A stretch of 64,000 bases of DNA from contig JBHLJY010000010.1 in NCBI GenBank assembly GCA_048887225.1, forward strand, positions 1 to 64,000, read 5' to 3'. Source of the stretch: Candidatus Hodarchaeota archaeon (GTDB lineage Archaea; Asgardarchaeota; Lokiarchaeia; Sigyniarchaeales; SOKP01). The position numbers and the translations under genes were made by a program. The notes under the pieces were generated by a model. The model had not been told where the DNA came from. It made no database searches and saw only the letters and a list, made by a program, of their open reading frames with translations. Positions 9,868-19,797 of the stretch are shown one piece after another; position 1 is the stretch's first letter, and every line of letters begins with the position of its first letter.

Positions 9868-10854
9868 TTATAATGGATATTGATAAAGATCAAAGTTATT
9901 ATTATTGAATGTGTTTAACGAGGGATCTTGTACCTCACTATACAATAAAAATAATCCGTAATAGTTGTGTTCAATGGTGTTTCCCCAAATAATCGTAAGT
10001 ATTTCCCCTTCAAGACACCACTCCCTGAAATAGATATTATTACTATGATATAAAAAGATACCGATATAATTACCATTAATATAGTTTCCCGCAATTGTAT
10101 TTTCATTACTGTACCATCCATATATCGCAGCATCTATTTGGTAGGTGGAAATTCTATTCATTAAAATATTGTTATAGCTACTCTCCCTTAATACTATCCC
10201 CTGTTTATTGCCATGAATGATGTTAAAATTAATGAGGTTAATATCGTCCCAACCACCTCCATTACAAGATACAAGTTCTATCCCTGCTAAATTTAGCGTT
10301 AAATAGTTGTTAATTATTTTTCCATTATATGTGTTGTATAAAGAGATTCCCGCATATTCTGGTTGTTCTAAATGAAATCTTGAATTGTAAAGAATACAAT
10401 TTTTGATGATAAAATCCTTGTTGGAATTTCTAATATTTATACAATCATCCCTATTTCCACCATCAATGATATAATCCTTAATTACATAAGGGTCATTTTC
10501 AGTCCCAGAACCTGTACAGATTCCAACCGATTTTGCCCATTGCCAGTTATTCCAAGAAGACTCATCAATATCAATAGGATTTCTAACTTCCGAGGACTGT
10601 GTCAAAGGAAGATCAGTACCAAAAGTCTCTACTTCTTCATTAGTTTCACTAGATTTCTTTCCTACATCAGTTATTTGTGTATTAGCACATGTAAGAAGAA
10701 TACTTGATAACATTATCCCAATGAAAAGTACCGCTGAAATCGAAATAATTGCTTTCTTTCTGCTTTTTGATATATTTTTTAAATTTTTAAACATATTTTT
10801 ATTACCTCTTTTTTTGAGATTTATTAGTAAATGGTGATATCGATATGTGTCCAT
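9868..10854 (-). CDS. Secreted/anchored NosD-type parallel beta-helix protein (likely start 10794)
   Basis: Basic + hydrophobic N-terminus from M21; CTGSGTENDPYVI motif; GIxLxxSxxNxIxxN repeats. Confidence 0.8.
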   Translation of the reverse strand: MDTYRYHHLLINLKKRGNKNMFKNLKNISKSRKKAIISISAVLFIGIMLSSILLTCANTQITDVGKKSSETNEEVETFGTDLPLTQSSEVRNPIDIDESSWNNWQWAKSVGICTGSGTENDPYVIKDYIIDGGNRDDCINIRNSNKDFIIKNCILYNSRFHLEQPEYAGISLYNTYNGKIINNYLTLNLAGIELVSCNGGGWDDINLINFNIIHGNKQGIVLRESSYNNILMNRISTYQIDAAIYGWYSNENTIAGNYINGNYIGIFLYHSNNIYFREWCLEGEILTIIWGNTIEHNYYGLFLLYSEVQDPSLNTFNNNNFDLYQYPL

Positions 10855-10875
10855 ATTGACATATGTAAATTATCA

Positions 10876-11080
10876 TATTTAAATATATCTACACAACTAT
10901 TGGAGGATCAAATTTTCTAAATTTAATTTTAATTAAATTTTTTAACTCATTTTAAAGACTGAAGTAAAATCTAAGCTAAAAATGAAAAGTCCTATCAAAT
11001 TACAATATAATTCATTGAAACACAATGTAAAACAAAAAATTAATCAAAAATTTTTTTATATTTTTGATTCTAAAAAATCA
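10876..11080 (-). promoter_or_regulatory. Repeated promoter module, copy B
   Basis: TTTAAATA 10883-10876; palindrome 10919-10940. Confidence 0.75.
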
Positions 11081-11199
11081 CTCATATTAAGGCATAGAGA
11101 AGCTTATTTCTTGAACTAAATATATGATTCGATCTAAGGAACAAATGAATACAATAGAAACTCCTAATATGATTTAAATTTCATGGATTATAGTTATTT

Positions 11200-13371
11200 T
11201 TATGCCTCAATAACATCAATATTACAATTAATAAAAGTATTCCCCGATTGTGTGCAACTAACACAACCCAGTAAAGCTATTCCGCATCCACTATCACTAA
11301 TGGTATTACCAACAGCGTAAATTAAATTACATTCTAATATACCAATTCCAATCCACCAGTTGCGATGTAATTCGTTAGCCAAAATCCAAAAATTATTACT
11401 TTGGTATAAAAGTATCCCGATTGTATTGTCATTCACAGTATTCAAATAAATAATAAACAACGTTGAATCTGAACCTTCAATATTAATCCCGATATTATTT
11501 TCATAAACAATGTTTCCCCAAATAAGATTATTATCGCTGTTTTTTGTCCAAATCCCATTTTTCTTATTATCATGAATTTTATTGTTGTTAATAATCTGAT
11601 TAGAGTGTGAATGAAACAAATATATCCCATGATCTCCATTAGAATACACTTCATTGTCAGAAATTATGTTCTTATCACTATTTGCTAGATATATCCCATG
11701 ACGATCATTAAAGTAAATATAATTTTCCGAAATAATATTATTATCACTAATACTTGTTCTTATTCCATATTGACATGAATGAATATAGCTGTTAGATATT
11801 TCTCCGTTATTAGTATAGCTTAATCTGAATCCGTAATAAGAATTGTAAAGATGACAATTCAAGATCTTAAAATACCTGTTAGATTTTCTAATTCCTATAC
11901 AAGCTTCTGAACTCCCTTCACCATCAATGATTTTAGATTGAATTATATATGGGTTAGCTAATGTGCCAAAACCCGTACACCATCCTACAGATTTTGCCCA
12001 TTGCCAGTTATTCCAAGAAGAATCATCAATATAAATATTTCCGAGAATATAATAATTCATTAAAAATTCATCCCATTGAAAATCGCTAGCAAAGTCACAG
12101 TTCTCATAATTTGGATAATATCCTGATATACTCTCTGGAAAGTAGATACTTAATCCGTGAGCGTCTGCGTTATGACTAGAATGCCTCTCTTCAATTATTA
12201 TGCTAGATATACTATTTTTCAAATATTGAGCAGAAGTATCTATCGCCCCCGTACAATATGTTTGAATTTCATTAGCAAAATCATACAAATCAATATATGA
12301 TTCTACTCCATTTCCAGCTATAAATCCTAATGAATTTGCTCTTGCCTTATAGATTTGGCTTCTTTGGCTACCTGATATAGCATATAAATCGGTTATGAAA
12401 TTATTTAGCCTATTTACAAATACTGTTGTTAAGCTATTTGCTGCTGCTTGTGTTATATCATAAGAAGAAGGATAAGCATTATGATATTTAATAACTATTT
12501 GTTGTCCTAATTGTTGAGGAGTTGCCCATGGATTAGTCGTAAGATAATTTAAGATATCATCATAAGGATAACCGTATACTGGTTCTACTTCTTCAGAAGC
12601 AACAATAACATCAACATAGTTTTTTAATTGGTAATGAATTTCTACACCTCCCATTAAACACGCATCAAATCCTACTAAATCCACAGCGCAAGATGATTGT
12701 GATAGCACAGATTTTAATTCAGAAAGCGTCAAATAATCATAACCATTGGTGAAATCCCAACAAACCCCACCAGGCGCACTCCCATGCATGACGCCACTTC
12801 CATGGTCCCAAAGAATTAAAGCATATTTCTCTGCGGGGCGATAAGATTTTCCCCATTCAATAAAACTTTGTAAAGTGCTAGCAGATCCCATATTAACCTC
12901 CCCTAAACTTTGTACAAGTGGGGACATTATAAGTTCTGGGTATGTATTATCTTCAGTAATATAATATCTTGCAGCTCCCGTCCAATCGCCATTGGAAGAA
13001 TCATATTCGGGTATACGATCAATTTGAACTATCACATTAATGTTAGAATCAGAACCCACATATTCCATTTCATTTATCGAATCTATTCCATATTCTTCTA
13101 AATCATTATCAGCATCTAAGTAAACCATAAATGTCCAATCTCTCAATGAGGCTACATTTGGGGTCAGAGAATTATCAGCTCCTAAAATCTCTATTTCTTT
13201 GTTATTGTTAACAGAATCCTCTCCTATATCCGCTATTTGCGTATTAGCATATGCTGGAATAATACTCGCAAATATTATCCCAATGAAAAGTACCGCTGCA
13301 ATCGAAATAATTGTATTCTTTCTGCTTTTTTTTGATTTATTTTTTTTGTTTTTTATCATTTTTGTATTCAC
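11200..13371 (-). CDS. Clostripain-family (C11) cysteine peptidase fused to a NosD beta-helix (likely start 13359)
   Basis: WTFMVYLDADNDL, catalytic WDHGSG and FDACLMG, ASEE, GLSIYFP; C-terminal beta-helix repeats; signal peptide. Confidence 0.9.
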   Translation of the reverse strand: MNTKMIKNKKNKSKKSRKNTIISIAAVLFIGIIFASIIPAYANTQIADIGEDSVNNNKEIEILGADNSLTPNVASLRDWTFMVYLDADNDLEEYGIDSINEMEYVGSDSNINVIVQIDRIPEYDSSNGDWTGAARYYITEDNTYPELIMSPLVQSLGEVNMGSASTLQSFIEWGKSYRPAEKYALILWDHGSGVMHGSAPGGVCWDFTNGYDYLTLSELKSVLSQSSCAVDLVGFDACLMGGVEIHYQLKNYVDVIVASEEVEPVYGYPYDDILNYLTTNPWATPQQLGQQIVIKYHNAYPSSYDITQAAANSLTTVFVNRLNNFITDLYAISGSQRSQIYKARANSLGFIAGNGVESYIDLYDFANEIQTYCTGAIDTSAQYLKNSISSIIIEERHSSHNADAHGLSIYFPESISGYYPNYENCDFASDFQWDEFLMNYYILGNIYIDDSSWNNWQWAKSVGWCTGFGTLANPYIIQSKIIDGEGSSEACIGIRKSNRYFKILNCHLYNSYYGFRLSYTNNGEISNSYIHSCQYGIRTSISDNNIISENYIYFNDRHGIYLANSDKNIISDNEVYSNGDHGIYLFHSHSNQIINNNKIHDNKKNGIWTKNSDNNLIWGNIVYENNIGINIEGSDSTLFIIYLNTVNDNTIGILLYQSNNFWILANELHRNWWIGIGILECNLIYAVGNTISDSGCGIALLGCVSCTQSGNTFINCNIDVIEA

Positions 13372-13372
13372 C

Positions 13373-13436
13373 TTTTTTGGTAAATTTTATTTTGCTTGTT
13401 TCGGTTTGAAACAAGCTTAAAAATAAAATAACTAAA
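13373..13436 (-). promoter_or_regulatory. Conserved 5'-leader hairpin element, copy 1
   Basis: GCTTGTTTC-AAACC-GAAACAAGC (13416-13394) within a ~60-nt repeat just upstream of the GGTG SD. Confidence 0.75.
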
Positions 13437-13593
13437 TATTTTGTTCAAACTCTTTAAAAAAAAAATTATTTTTTGATTTAACATTTCGATTTGCTTGACA
13501 TTTTTGTTCTCATCGTGTAGATATAGATAAATCTCCGATGACTTTTACAGCAAGAACTCCTAATATGGATTGTAATTTTGAAAACCATGGGGA

Positions 13594-14607
13594 TTATGGA
13601 TATTTAAAAAAATCAATGATAATATTACCTGAAAATATGTTTCCCGAAACGGTATTATAATTACTATACATTAAATATATTCCGAACCAATTGTTAGTAA
13701 CTTTGTTTCCAGAAATTTGGTTATAATCACTTTCTTTTAAGTATATGCCAAAACTATCTTCGTTAACGGTGTTAGCTGAAATCTCATTATTATCACTATA
13801 GACTAAATATATTCCGTATATAAGGTTATTATTATCATTATCATGAATATAATTATTATGACTGTTTGATAATAAAATTCCATAACTTCCAGTATACTCA
13901 TAAGAAAAGTCGTTGTTACTAATCCAGTTATCATTACTAGATATTAATTTTATCCCATTCCGATTAAGTCTGCCATCATTATTGGAAATTATATTATACT
14001 TACTTTCTTCTAGACATATTCCAAATTCATTGTTAGCAAATATATTATCAGAAATCCAGTTACTACTGTGCCAAAAACCGCAATCACTATACCTAATCCA
14101 TACCCCATACTTATTCCCGTTTAATAAATTACCAGTTATATCTCCATTTTTAGTGTTAATTAATTCGATCCCTGCCCATTTTGAATTGGAAAGAACACAA
14201 CTTGTAATTTTAAAATGTTTGTAAGAATTTTTAATTTCTATACAACTTTCCCAACTTTGCAAATTATCACCGTTAATGAATTTAAACTGAATTACATAAG
14301 GATCATCATAAGTACCAGATCCCGTACATATTCCAACAGATTTTGCCCATTGCCAGTTATTCGAAGAAGTATCATCAATATAAATTGCATCTTCAATTGA
14401 AGCTAAACTAATGTCAGTCTCAGTTGTCCCTGCTTTTTCATTAGAGCTACTAGAGTTATCTCCTACACTAGCTATTTGTGTATTAGCACATGCAAGAAGA
14501 ATACTTGATAACATTAGCCCAATGAAAAGTACCGTCGCAATCGAAAAAATTATTTTCTTTCTGCTTTTTGATATATTTTTTATTTTTTTTAGCATTTCTT
14601 TTACCAC
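13594..14607 (-). CDS. Secreted/anchored NosD-type beta-helix protein (likely start 14595)
   Basis: Signal peptide nearly identical to neighbours; CTGSGTYDDPYVI; many GIYLxxSxxNxIxxN repeats. Confidence 0.82.
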   Translation of the reverse strand: MVKEMLKKIKNISKSRKKIIFSIATVLFIGLMLSSILLACANTQIASVGDNSSSSNEKAGTTETDISLASIEDAIYIDDTSSNNWQWAKSVGICTGSGTYDDPYVIQFKFINGDNLQSWESCIEIKNSYKHFKITSCVLSNSKWAGIELINTKNGDITGNLLNGNKYGVWIRYSDCGFWHSSNWISDNIFANNEFGICLEESKYNIISNNDGRLNRNGIKLISSNDNWISNNDFSYEYTGSYGILLSNSHNNYIHDNDNNNLIYGIYLVYSDNNEISANTVNEDSFGIYLKESDYNQISGNKVTNNWFGIYLMYSNYNTVSGNIFSGNIIIDFFKYP

Positions 14608-14608
14608 C

Positions 14609-14672
14609 TTTTTAAGTAAATTTTATTTTGCTTATTTCGGTTTGAAACAAGCTTAAAAATAAACAAACTAAA
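14609..14672 (-). promoter_or_regulatory. Conserved 5'-leader hairpin element, copy 2
   Basis: Hairpin 14630-14652; its single change gives a G-U pair on the minus-strand RNA. Confidence 0.75.
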
Positions 14673-14743
14673 AGTTTTAATACGGCAAAATTACTATATG
14701 GGCATATAACGATATTCCCATATCTTACAATTGCACATCATCA

Positions 14744-14920
14744 TATTTAAATCTATCTATACAATTATTGAAGTATTAGATTTTCCAAATTTAATTTTAA
14801 TTAAATATTTAAACCTATTTTATAGATTGGAGTATGATTTAAGCAAAAAATTGCAGATCCTATTAAACTTAAATAGAATTAATTGAAACAAAATGGAAAA
14901 TAAAAAGCTAAACAAAAAAA
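14744..14920 (-). promoter_or_regulatory. Repeated promoter module, copy C
   Basis: TTTAAATA 14751-14744; palindrome 14787-14808 with one mismatch. Confidence 0.75.
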
Positions 14921-15297
14921 AATATTAAATTGCCCATTAAAGATTAATTACGTTAAATGGAATCCATTTATATAATTTTTGAAGATCTTTGAATTATAGT
15001 TAAAAAAAAATAAGTAGAAGTCGTTTAGGATTTCCACAAAACGATAAAGAATAAAAACTTATATTTACGTTTTGCTTTAATTGTAATTAGGAGTTAAGCC
15101 TTTAAACATTTCTTTTATCACCTTTTTTGGTAAATAAGGCTTAACTTCTTTAAATTATTATATCAATATCTTGTGAGAAATAAACCCAAACTAAAAATTA
15201 GGAGTTTAAAATCTTAAAATATAAATACGTGGAAATTTATAATAAATTTATTCAAATTATGAAATTTATAATAATATTTTTTCCATAATAACTTATT

Positions 15298-16023
15298 TTG
15301 ACTGATTTTAAGATGACTCTCTCTTTCCTTGGTTTTTTTAATGGCATCACTGCTTTGATTAGCATGATTATTTCAATTATAATAGGATTATTTTTTTTTT
15401 ATCAATCAAAAAGAAAAAAAGCAGCTCTCCTTAATTATGCGGGTTTAATGATTATTTTTGCGAGTTTTTTATATTTAGGTGTTAGTATTGATTTTTTATC
15501 GTGTATTTTAATTGGTTACAACATGAACAATGAGATAGGATTGCGTGGTATTCTGAGTTACATGTGGGTTCCCTTTACTCTAATTCTTGCTATATATATT
15601 GGTACCAAATTAATGAATATTGAAAAGAAAAAAATAATAATAACTTTTTATATAATCATGGCATTGATTTATTGGTATTTTCTGTTCACCGACCCATTTG
15701 GCACTTTTGACTTTATATATCCAACTAATTCAGGAGATGAGTTAATTGATACAAGTTTTAATGAAACATCAATTACTTTCATTTTGATAGCCTTTTTTTT
15801 AATTTCCGGTTTTTTAATTGATGGAGTAGGATTTTTACTACTGGCAATTAAATCATCAGGCTTTTTAAGGAGAAGATTTTTATACTTATCGATAGGTGTT
15901 GTTATTTTTTGTATAAGTGGAGCCTTCGAAGCATTGTTCAGTCTAGGTATTCTATTGCTCATTATTCGAATTCTTTTGATATTAAGTGCAGTTTTTTTTT
16001 ATATAGGACTCAAAAGGGCATAA
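15298..16023 (+). CDS. Stand-alone ~7-TM membrane protein (HisKA-7TM-like sensor fold suspected)
   Basis: About seven hydrophobic segments, no soluble catalytic domain. Confidence 0.6.
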   Translation: MTDFKMTLSFLGFFNGITALISMIISIIIGLFFFYQSKRKKAALLNYAGLMIIFASFLYLGVSIDFLSCILIGYNMNNEIGLRGILSYMWVPFTLILAIYIGTKLMNIEKKKIIITFYIIMALIYWYFLFTDPFGTFDFIYPTNSGDELIDTSFNETSITFILIAFFLISGFLIDGVGFLLLAIKSSGFLRRRFLYLSIGVVIFCISGAFEALFSLGILLLIIRILLILSAVFFYIGLKRA

Positions 16024-16236
16024 TAAAAAAAAATTCTTCGATCTTTTTTATTTACTAAGAACTTTATCCAAATGCTATTAAATTCTCCATTATAAGAAGA
16101 TCAAGAATTTTATTTCTCTACAAAATAAAAAGAATATAAATCTTATATCTTAAACTAAGTATATGATTCAATCTAAGCCTAGATGATTAATAAAATAAAA
16201 TAAAAAAAAAAATAATTATTTTATAATCTTTTTTAT

Positions 16237-17328
16237 TTAACTTTTTGCCAAAATTTTCATTGCTTTGGTAAGTTTTGTAAGCTTTAATTTTCCCTTAACT
16301 ATTATATTTTTGTCCTTTCTTGCCGCCTTCAGTAATTGCCTTGTAGATAATTTTCCCGCAGCAATGTCAAACAGCATTTGAGTTGAAACTTGTAGCATCG
16401 CATCAAAGCCAATTTTCTTTTTATCCATCCTCATAATAGGGTCAAATTTCTTATATTCCTCTATGTCTACAGTTCCATTTTCAAAAATTAACATTACTGC
16501 TACTAACTGATCAATAGGATTCAAAAGAATATTAAGATTAGTCTTTCTAAATTCTTCTTTAAATTGTTCATTATCATTTAAAGGGTGGAATTGTTTATAA
16601 ACAATTCCAGCAAATCCTCGCAGTTTCTTTATTTCCTTAATTTCAAGCTCTGATGGTATTGCCGCTTCTAATTCAGATTCTGGATTCTTTTTAATTTCAC
16701 CTTCTATTCGCTTAGGTTCTTCAGGAGGGAGTGTTGGATAAACTTTTACTACCGGTTTAATCATATTGCCTATCATTGTGAAGAGAATTAAAACAGGAAA
16801 GGCACATGAAAAGAACAAGATATGAAATAATAGATTGTATGGCGCTTCTAAACTTAATTCAGAATAAAGTCTTGTAAAAATGACCGAATCTATGTTCATA
16901 TCATTTGGAAAGGAAGGTTCAGGTAAGAATATCAATAGCATATAGAGAAGAAATGTGATGCCAATTCCAATTAACGCTGAAATTAAACCCGTCTCCATTT
17001 TTCGACTAAAATATCCGAGAAAAAAACCTGAAATTGCCCAAATAAACATAGAAGGCCAAAACCAAGTTCCCAGAACTGGAAGGCTAAATGCTGTATTAAA
17101 AGAGTAGAAGATAGTCATTCGAAATAAAAGACTTAATTCTTCAAAAAGTTCATCCGACAGACCATGTGTTAAGTCTAAAGAAACGACGAAAGTTAAGGTC
17201 AAGATCCAAGGCAGTATGATAGCGATAAGTAGCGATATTACCAGTCGGTAATGCTCCTTTAAAGTCTTTTTGACTTTTTCTATAAAATTCCCCAATGTAG
17301 ATGGATATTTATATTTGAATTTTCCCAT
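16237..17328 (-). CDS. Multi-pass membrane protein with C-terminal SCP2-like lipid-binding domain
   Basis: ~5 TM helices, Pro/Glu linker, C-terminal DAMLQVSTQMLFDIAAGKLS...IIVKGK resembling SCP2. Confidence 0.65.
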   Translation of the reverse strand: MGKFKYKYPSTLGNFIEKVKKTLKEHYRLVISLLIAIILPWILTLTFVVSLDLTHGLSDELFEELSLLFRMTIFYSFNTAFSLPVLGTWFWPSMFIWAISGFFLGYFSRKMETGLISALIGIGITFLLYMLLIFLPEPSFPNDMNIDSVIFTRLYSELSLEAPYNLLFHILFFSCAFPVLILFTMIGNMIKPVVKVYPTLPPEEPKRIEGEIKKNPESELEAAIPSELEIKEIKKLRGFAGIVYKQFHPLNDNEQFKEEFRKTNLNILLNPIDQLVAVMLIFENGTVDIEEYKKFDPIMRMDKKKIGFDAMLQVSTQMLFDIAAGKLSTRQLLKAARKDKNIIVKGKLKLTKLTKAMKILAKS

Positions 17329-17343
17329 TTCTTTTCACCGTCC

Positions 17344-19797
17344 TCATGTTTTTTTGTGTTTGTTTTTTATTTTGATTGCTTTCTTTTTTCTTTGGTGTAA
17401 TTGTAACTTTTTTAGGACAACAAAAGACCCAAAGACTCCTAATGGAATATATACCATCATTACAACAAGATTTTGAGTGTAGGGATAAATCTCCTCCGGT
17501 TCAATGGGATCAGGAGCAGTCTCAATTTCAGCGTCAAGTATAGCAACTAAGTCTTCATAAAAGTATTTCGAGCCCATCCATTCTATAAATAAGTTCGCCG
17601 CTAATAAATGATGATTTGGCAGCACTTGATACTGCGTTTTGTATTTTTCAGGATCGTTTGTTTCTATAAACTTAAGAAAGTTCCAAAAACTAGTTCGTCC
17701 CCATGATGGCTCCGGATTCGGAACCCAAGAGGGGGGAAAAGGTTCCATCCCCATGTCTTTTATTAAAGGCCATTGCCAATTAAAAACTGGATTCCAGTGA
17801 GTGCCTTGAAAAATCCAATCAAGGAAATGGTTAAAATCAAAATTCCTTACTTTCCAATTATAAGTAAAGATTTGATGCCATTCAAAGTTATGTGGAGAAT
17901 ATTGGCAAATATAATCTATGTAAATACTCGCTTCTTGAGTTCCGCCATATGTAAAATTCATAAAATGAATTTCATTGAAATTGAATCCAGGAGCTATGGC
18001 AAAATCTATTGAATTTATGTATAATGCAATTTCCTGCCATGTCCCGTAGGATGAATTTGCGAATTGAATTTTTTTAGATGTCATTTTTCTTCCACTGTTA
18101 TCCATAAAACTAATTGAAATGTTCCCATTTATCAAATCGTAGGAAGTATCTTCATGATCCATATAAAAAGTTAGAAAAAAATTTCTTGAAAGCCTTGTCG
18201 GAGTACTACTAAAATTACGTACGAGATTTTCTGGAGTAGATGTAGTCCAATTTAAAGATTTTGATCCACCGGGCCCAAGGGGTAAATCTGCTGGGATTTT
18301 TTCTCCATTTAATGTTAATACATTGCTTGTACATTCACTAACACTGCCAGAAGCATTAACATTCCAATTAGGAGGTCCAATTCCTGTTTGTATATCATCA
18401 ATTATCATTATTTCATTAAATCTTTCTTTTCCCAACAAAGTTAAATCCTGCTCTGTTGGTAGAAAAATGTGGTGAGCAACATAATCCCAAAAGTCGTCAA
18501 AATCTATGTCTAATAGTTGCAACAGATTTCCAGCACTTACTCCAGAATCGGCTAATATGCCTGTAACGAATCCCATATCGACTGTAAGGAGTCCAAGAGC
18601 ATAATTGGAATCCACATCATGGGCATAAAAATAATCAGCAAGTTTTGCTATAAAAGGACGCTGAGTAACCTGATTTATTCCCCTAAGATATAAATAGTGT
18701 TCTATATGGATGCCTTTTTCCTCCAGATAATCCATAAATTTTTCTAAAAATGTTTCCTCTAAAGATTCACTGAATTCAACATAGAATTCCGACAATGGTG
18801 TTGTACTAGGAACTACATATGAATATATTTGAGATTCAACCCAATTTGCTGTTTTTTCGTGTTCAATATTTCCCGCATAATCTTCAAGATATATTTTATA
18901 AAGCACAGTAGTTCCTGCTGAAAACCCTGGAATTTCTCCTTGATATGTTTCTTGCTGTTTCACAGATGTAATTGGAAATCTAATAGTACCTAGCCATGGC
19001 ACCCCTGTCTTTTCAGCATAACCTAACGGAACTCCGTCATAATAACAAGTCCAATTTCCTCCGGTTAATGGGGTTTTAACCCATGAAGTACCACCATTAG
19101 TAGAATATTTTATATACGTTCGATTTGATATACCTGTACCTTTATCAGTAGCGTTCACGCTTATCGAAACAGGTTGATTGGAACTAACTGGTCCCCTCAT
19201 TATTGACCAGATAAAAGGAGGAATACCTTTTTCACCGGCTGGAAATGCAAAATCAAGTTGCGTAGGAAAGGTAAGAGGAAAGAATTCATCTCCCGTAGGG
19301 CCTTCAATAAGAATATAGGCCTCGAAACCTGCTGCTAACGCTAAAGGTTTCCCAAGAAGCATGGCCTTCAGAAAAGCAGACCAGATCCTATCATTTTTGA
19401 CTTTTAGATAAGCATCAATAACTTCTTTTTTTCCTCCATATACCTTGTAATCTTTACTAATCCACCCATCTCCAAGTTTCTCATCCAAAAAATTTAGTGT
19501 CATATTTGCGCTAGGAACGATTAAAGGATCTTCTAATTTGTTATGAAATTTCAAACCAAGTTTAATCGTCATGGATTCCCATAAGTTGTTAGGATCATCG
19601 TTAACATATTCAACCTCTACTATTTCCATAGAGTCAAACGTCATTGCTTCTGGTTTCACCATCGCTTTAGTCATATTCAAAACAGGCGTTAGCTTGGAGT
19701 AACTGTAAGCTAGCATCGGAAGTGCTATAGCGGTAAGGGCAGCAAATATAATTAAAATAGAATATATTCGTGATCTTCTTATCAACAAACTAACCAC
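17344..19797 (-). CDS. Large membrane-anchored surface protein: N-terminal TM, LEA_2/WHy-like domain, Ig-like domain, C-terminal TM
   Basis: IKLGLKFHNKLEDPLIVPSANMTLNFLDEKLGDG (LEA_2-like pattern); VNATDKGTG...YKIYLEDYAGN Ig-like; TM + basic tail. Confidence 0.55.
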   Translation of the reverse strand: MVSLLIRRSRIYSILIIFAALTAIALPMLAYSYSKLTPVLNMTKAMVKPEAMTFDSMEIVEVEYVNDDPNNLWESMTIKLGLKFHNKLEDPLIVPSANMTLNFLDEKLGDGWISKDYKVYGGKKEVIDAYLKVKNDRIWSAFLKAMLLGKPLALAAGFEAYILIEGPTGDEFFPLTFPTQLDFAFPAGEKGIPPFIWSIMRGPVSSNQPVSISVNATDKGTGISNRTYIKYSTNGGTSWVKTPLTGGNWTCYYDGVPLGYAEKTGVPWLGTIRFPITSVKQQETYQGEIPGFSAGTTVLYKIYLEDYAGNIEHEKTANWVESQIYSYVVPSTTPLSEFYVEFSESLEETFLEKFMDYLEEKGIHIEHYLYLRGINQVTQRPFIAKLADYFYAHDVDSNYALGLLTVDMGFVTGILADSGVSAGNLLQLLDIDFDDFWDYVAHHIFLPTEQDLTLLGKERFNEIMIIDDIQTGIGPPNWNVNASGSVSECTSNVLTLNGEKIPADLPLGPGGSKSLNWTTSTPENLVRNFSSTPTRLSRNFFLTFYMDHEDTSYDLINGNISISFMDNSGRKMTSKKIQFANSSYGTWQEIALYINSIDFAIAPGFNFNEIHFMNFTYGGTQEASIYIDYICQYSPHNFEWHQIFTYNWKVRNFDFNHFLDWIFQGTHWNPVFNWQWPLIKDMGMEPFPPSWVPNPEPSWGRTSFWNFLKFIETNDPEKYKTQYQVLPNHHLLAANLFIEWMGSKYFYEDLVAILDAEIETAPDPIEPEEIYPYTQNLVVMMVYIPLGVFGSFVVLKKLQLHQRKKKAIKIKNKHKKT

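Noticed and set aside
9760-13560. Hammerhead-like words (CGA-N-GA ... GAAA) in the 3' repeats of the NosD genes
   Set aside because: The core reads ACGANGA or CCGANGA rather than CUGANGA, and I could not build stems I-III with a cleavage triplet consistently in both copies
5748-14607. Diversity-generating retroelement acting on the paralogous surface genes
   Set aside because: No reverse transcriptase in the window, and differences between repeats are not confined to adenines
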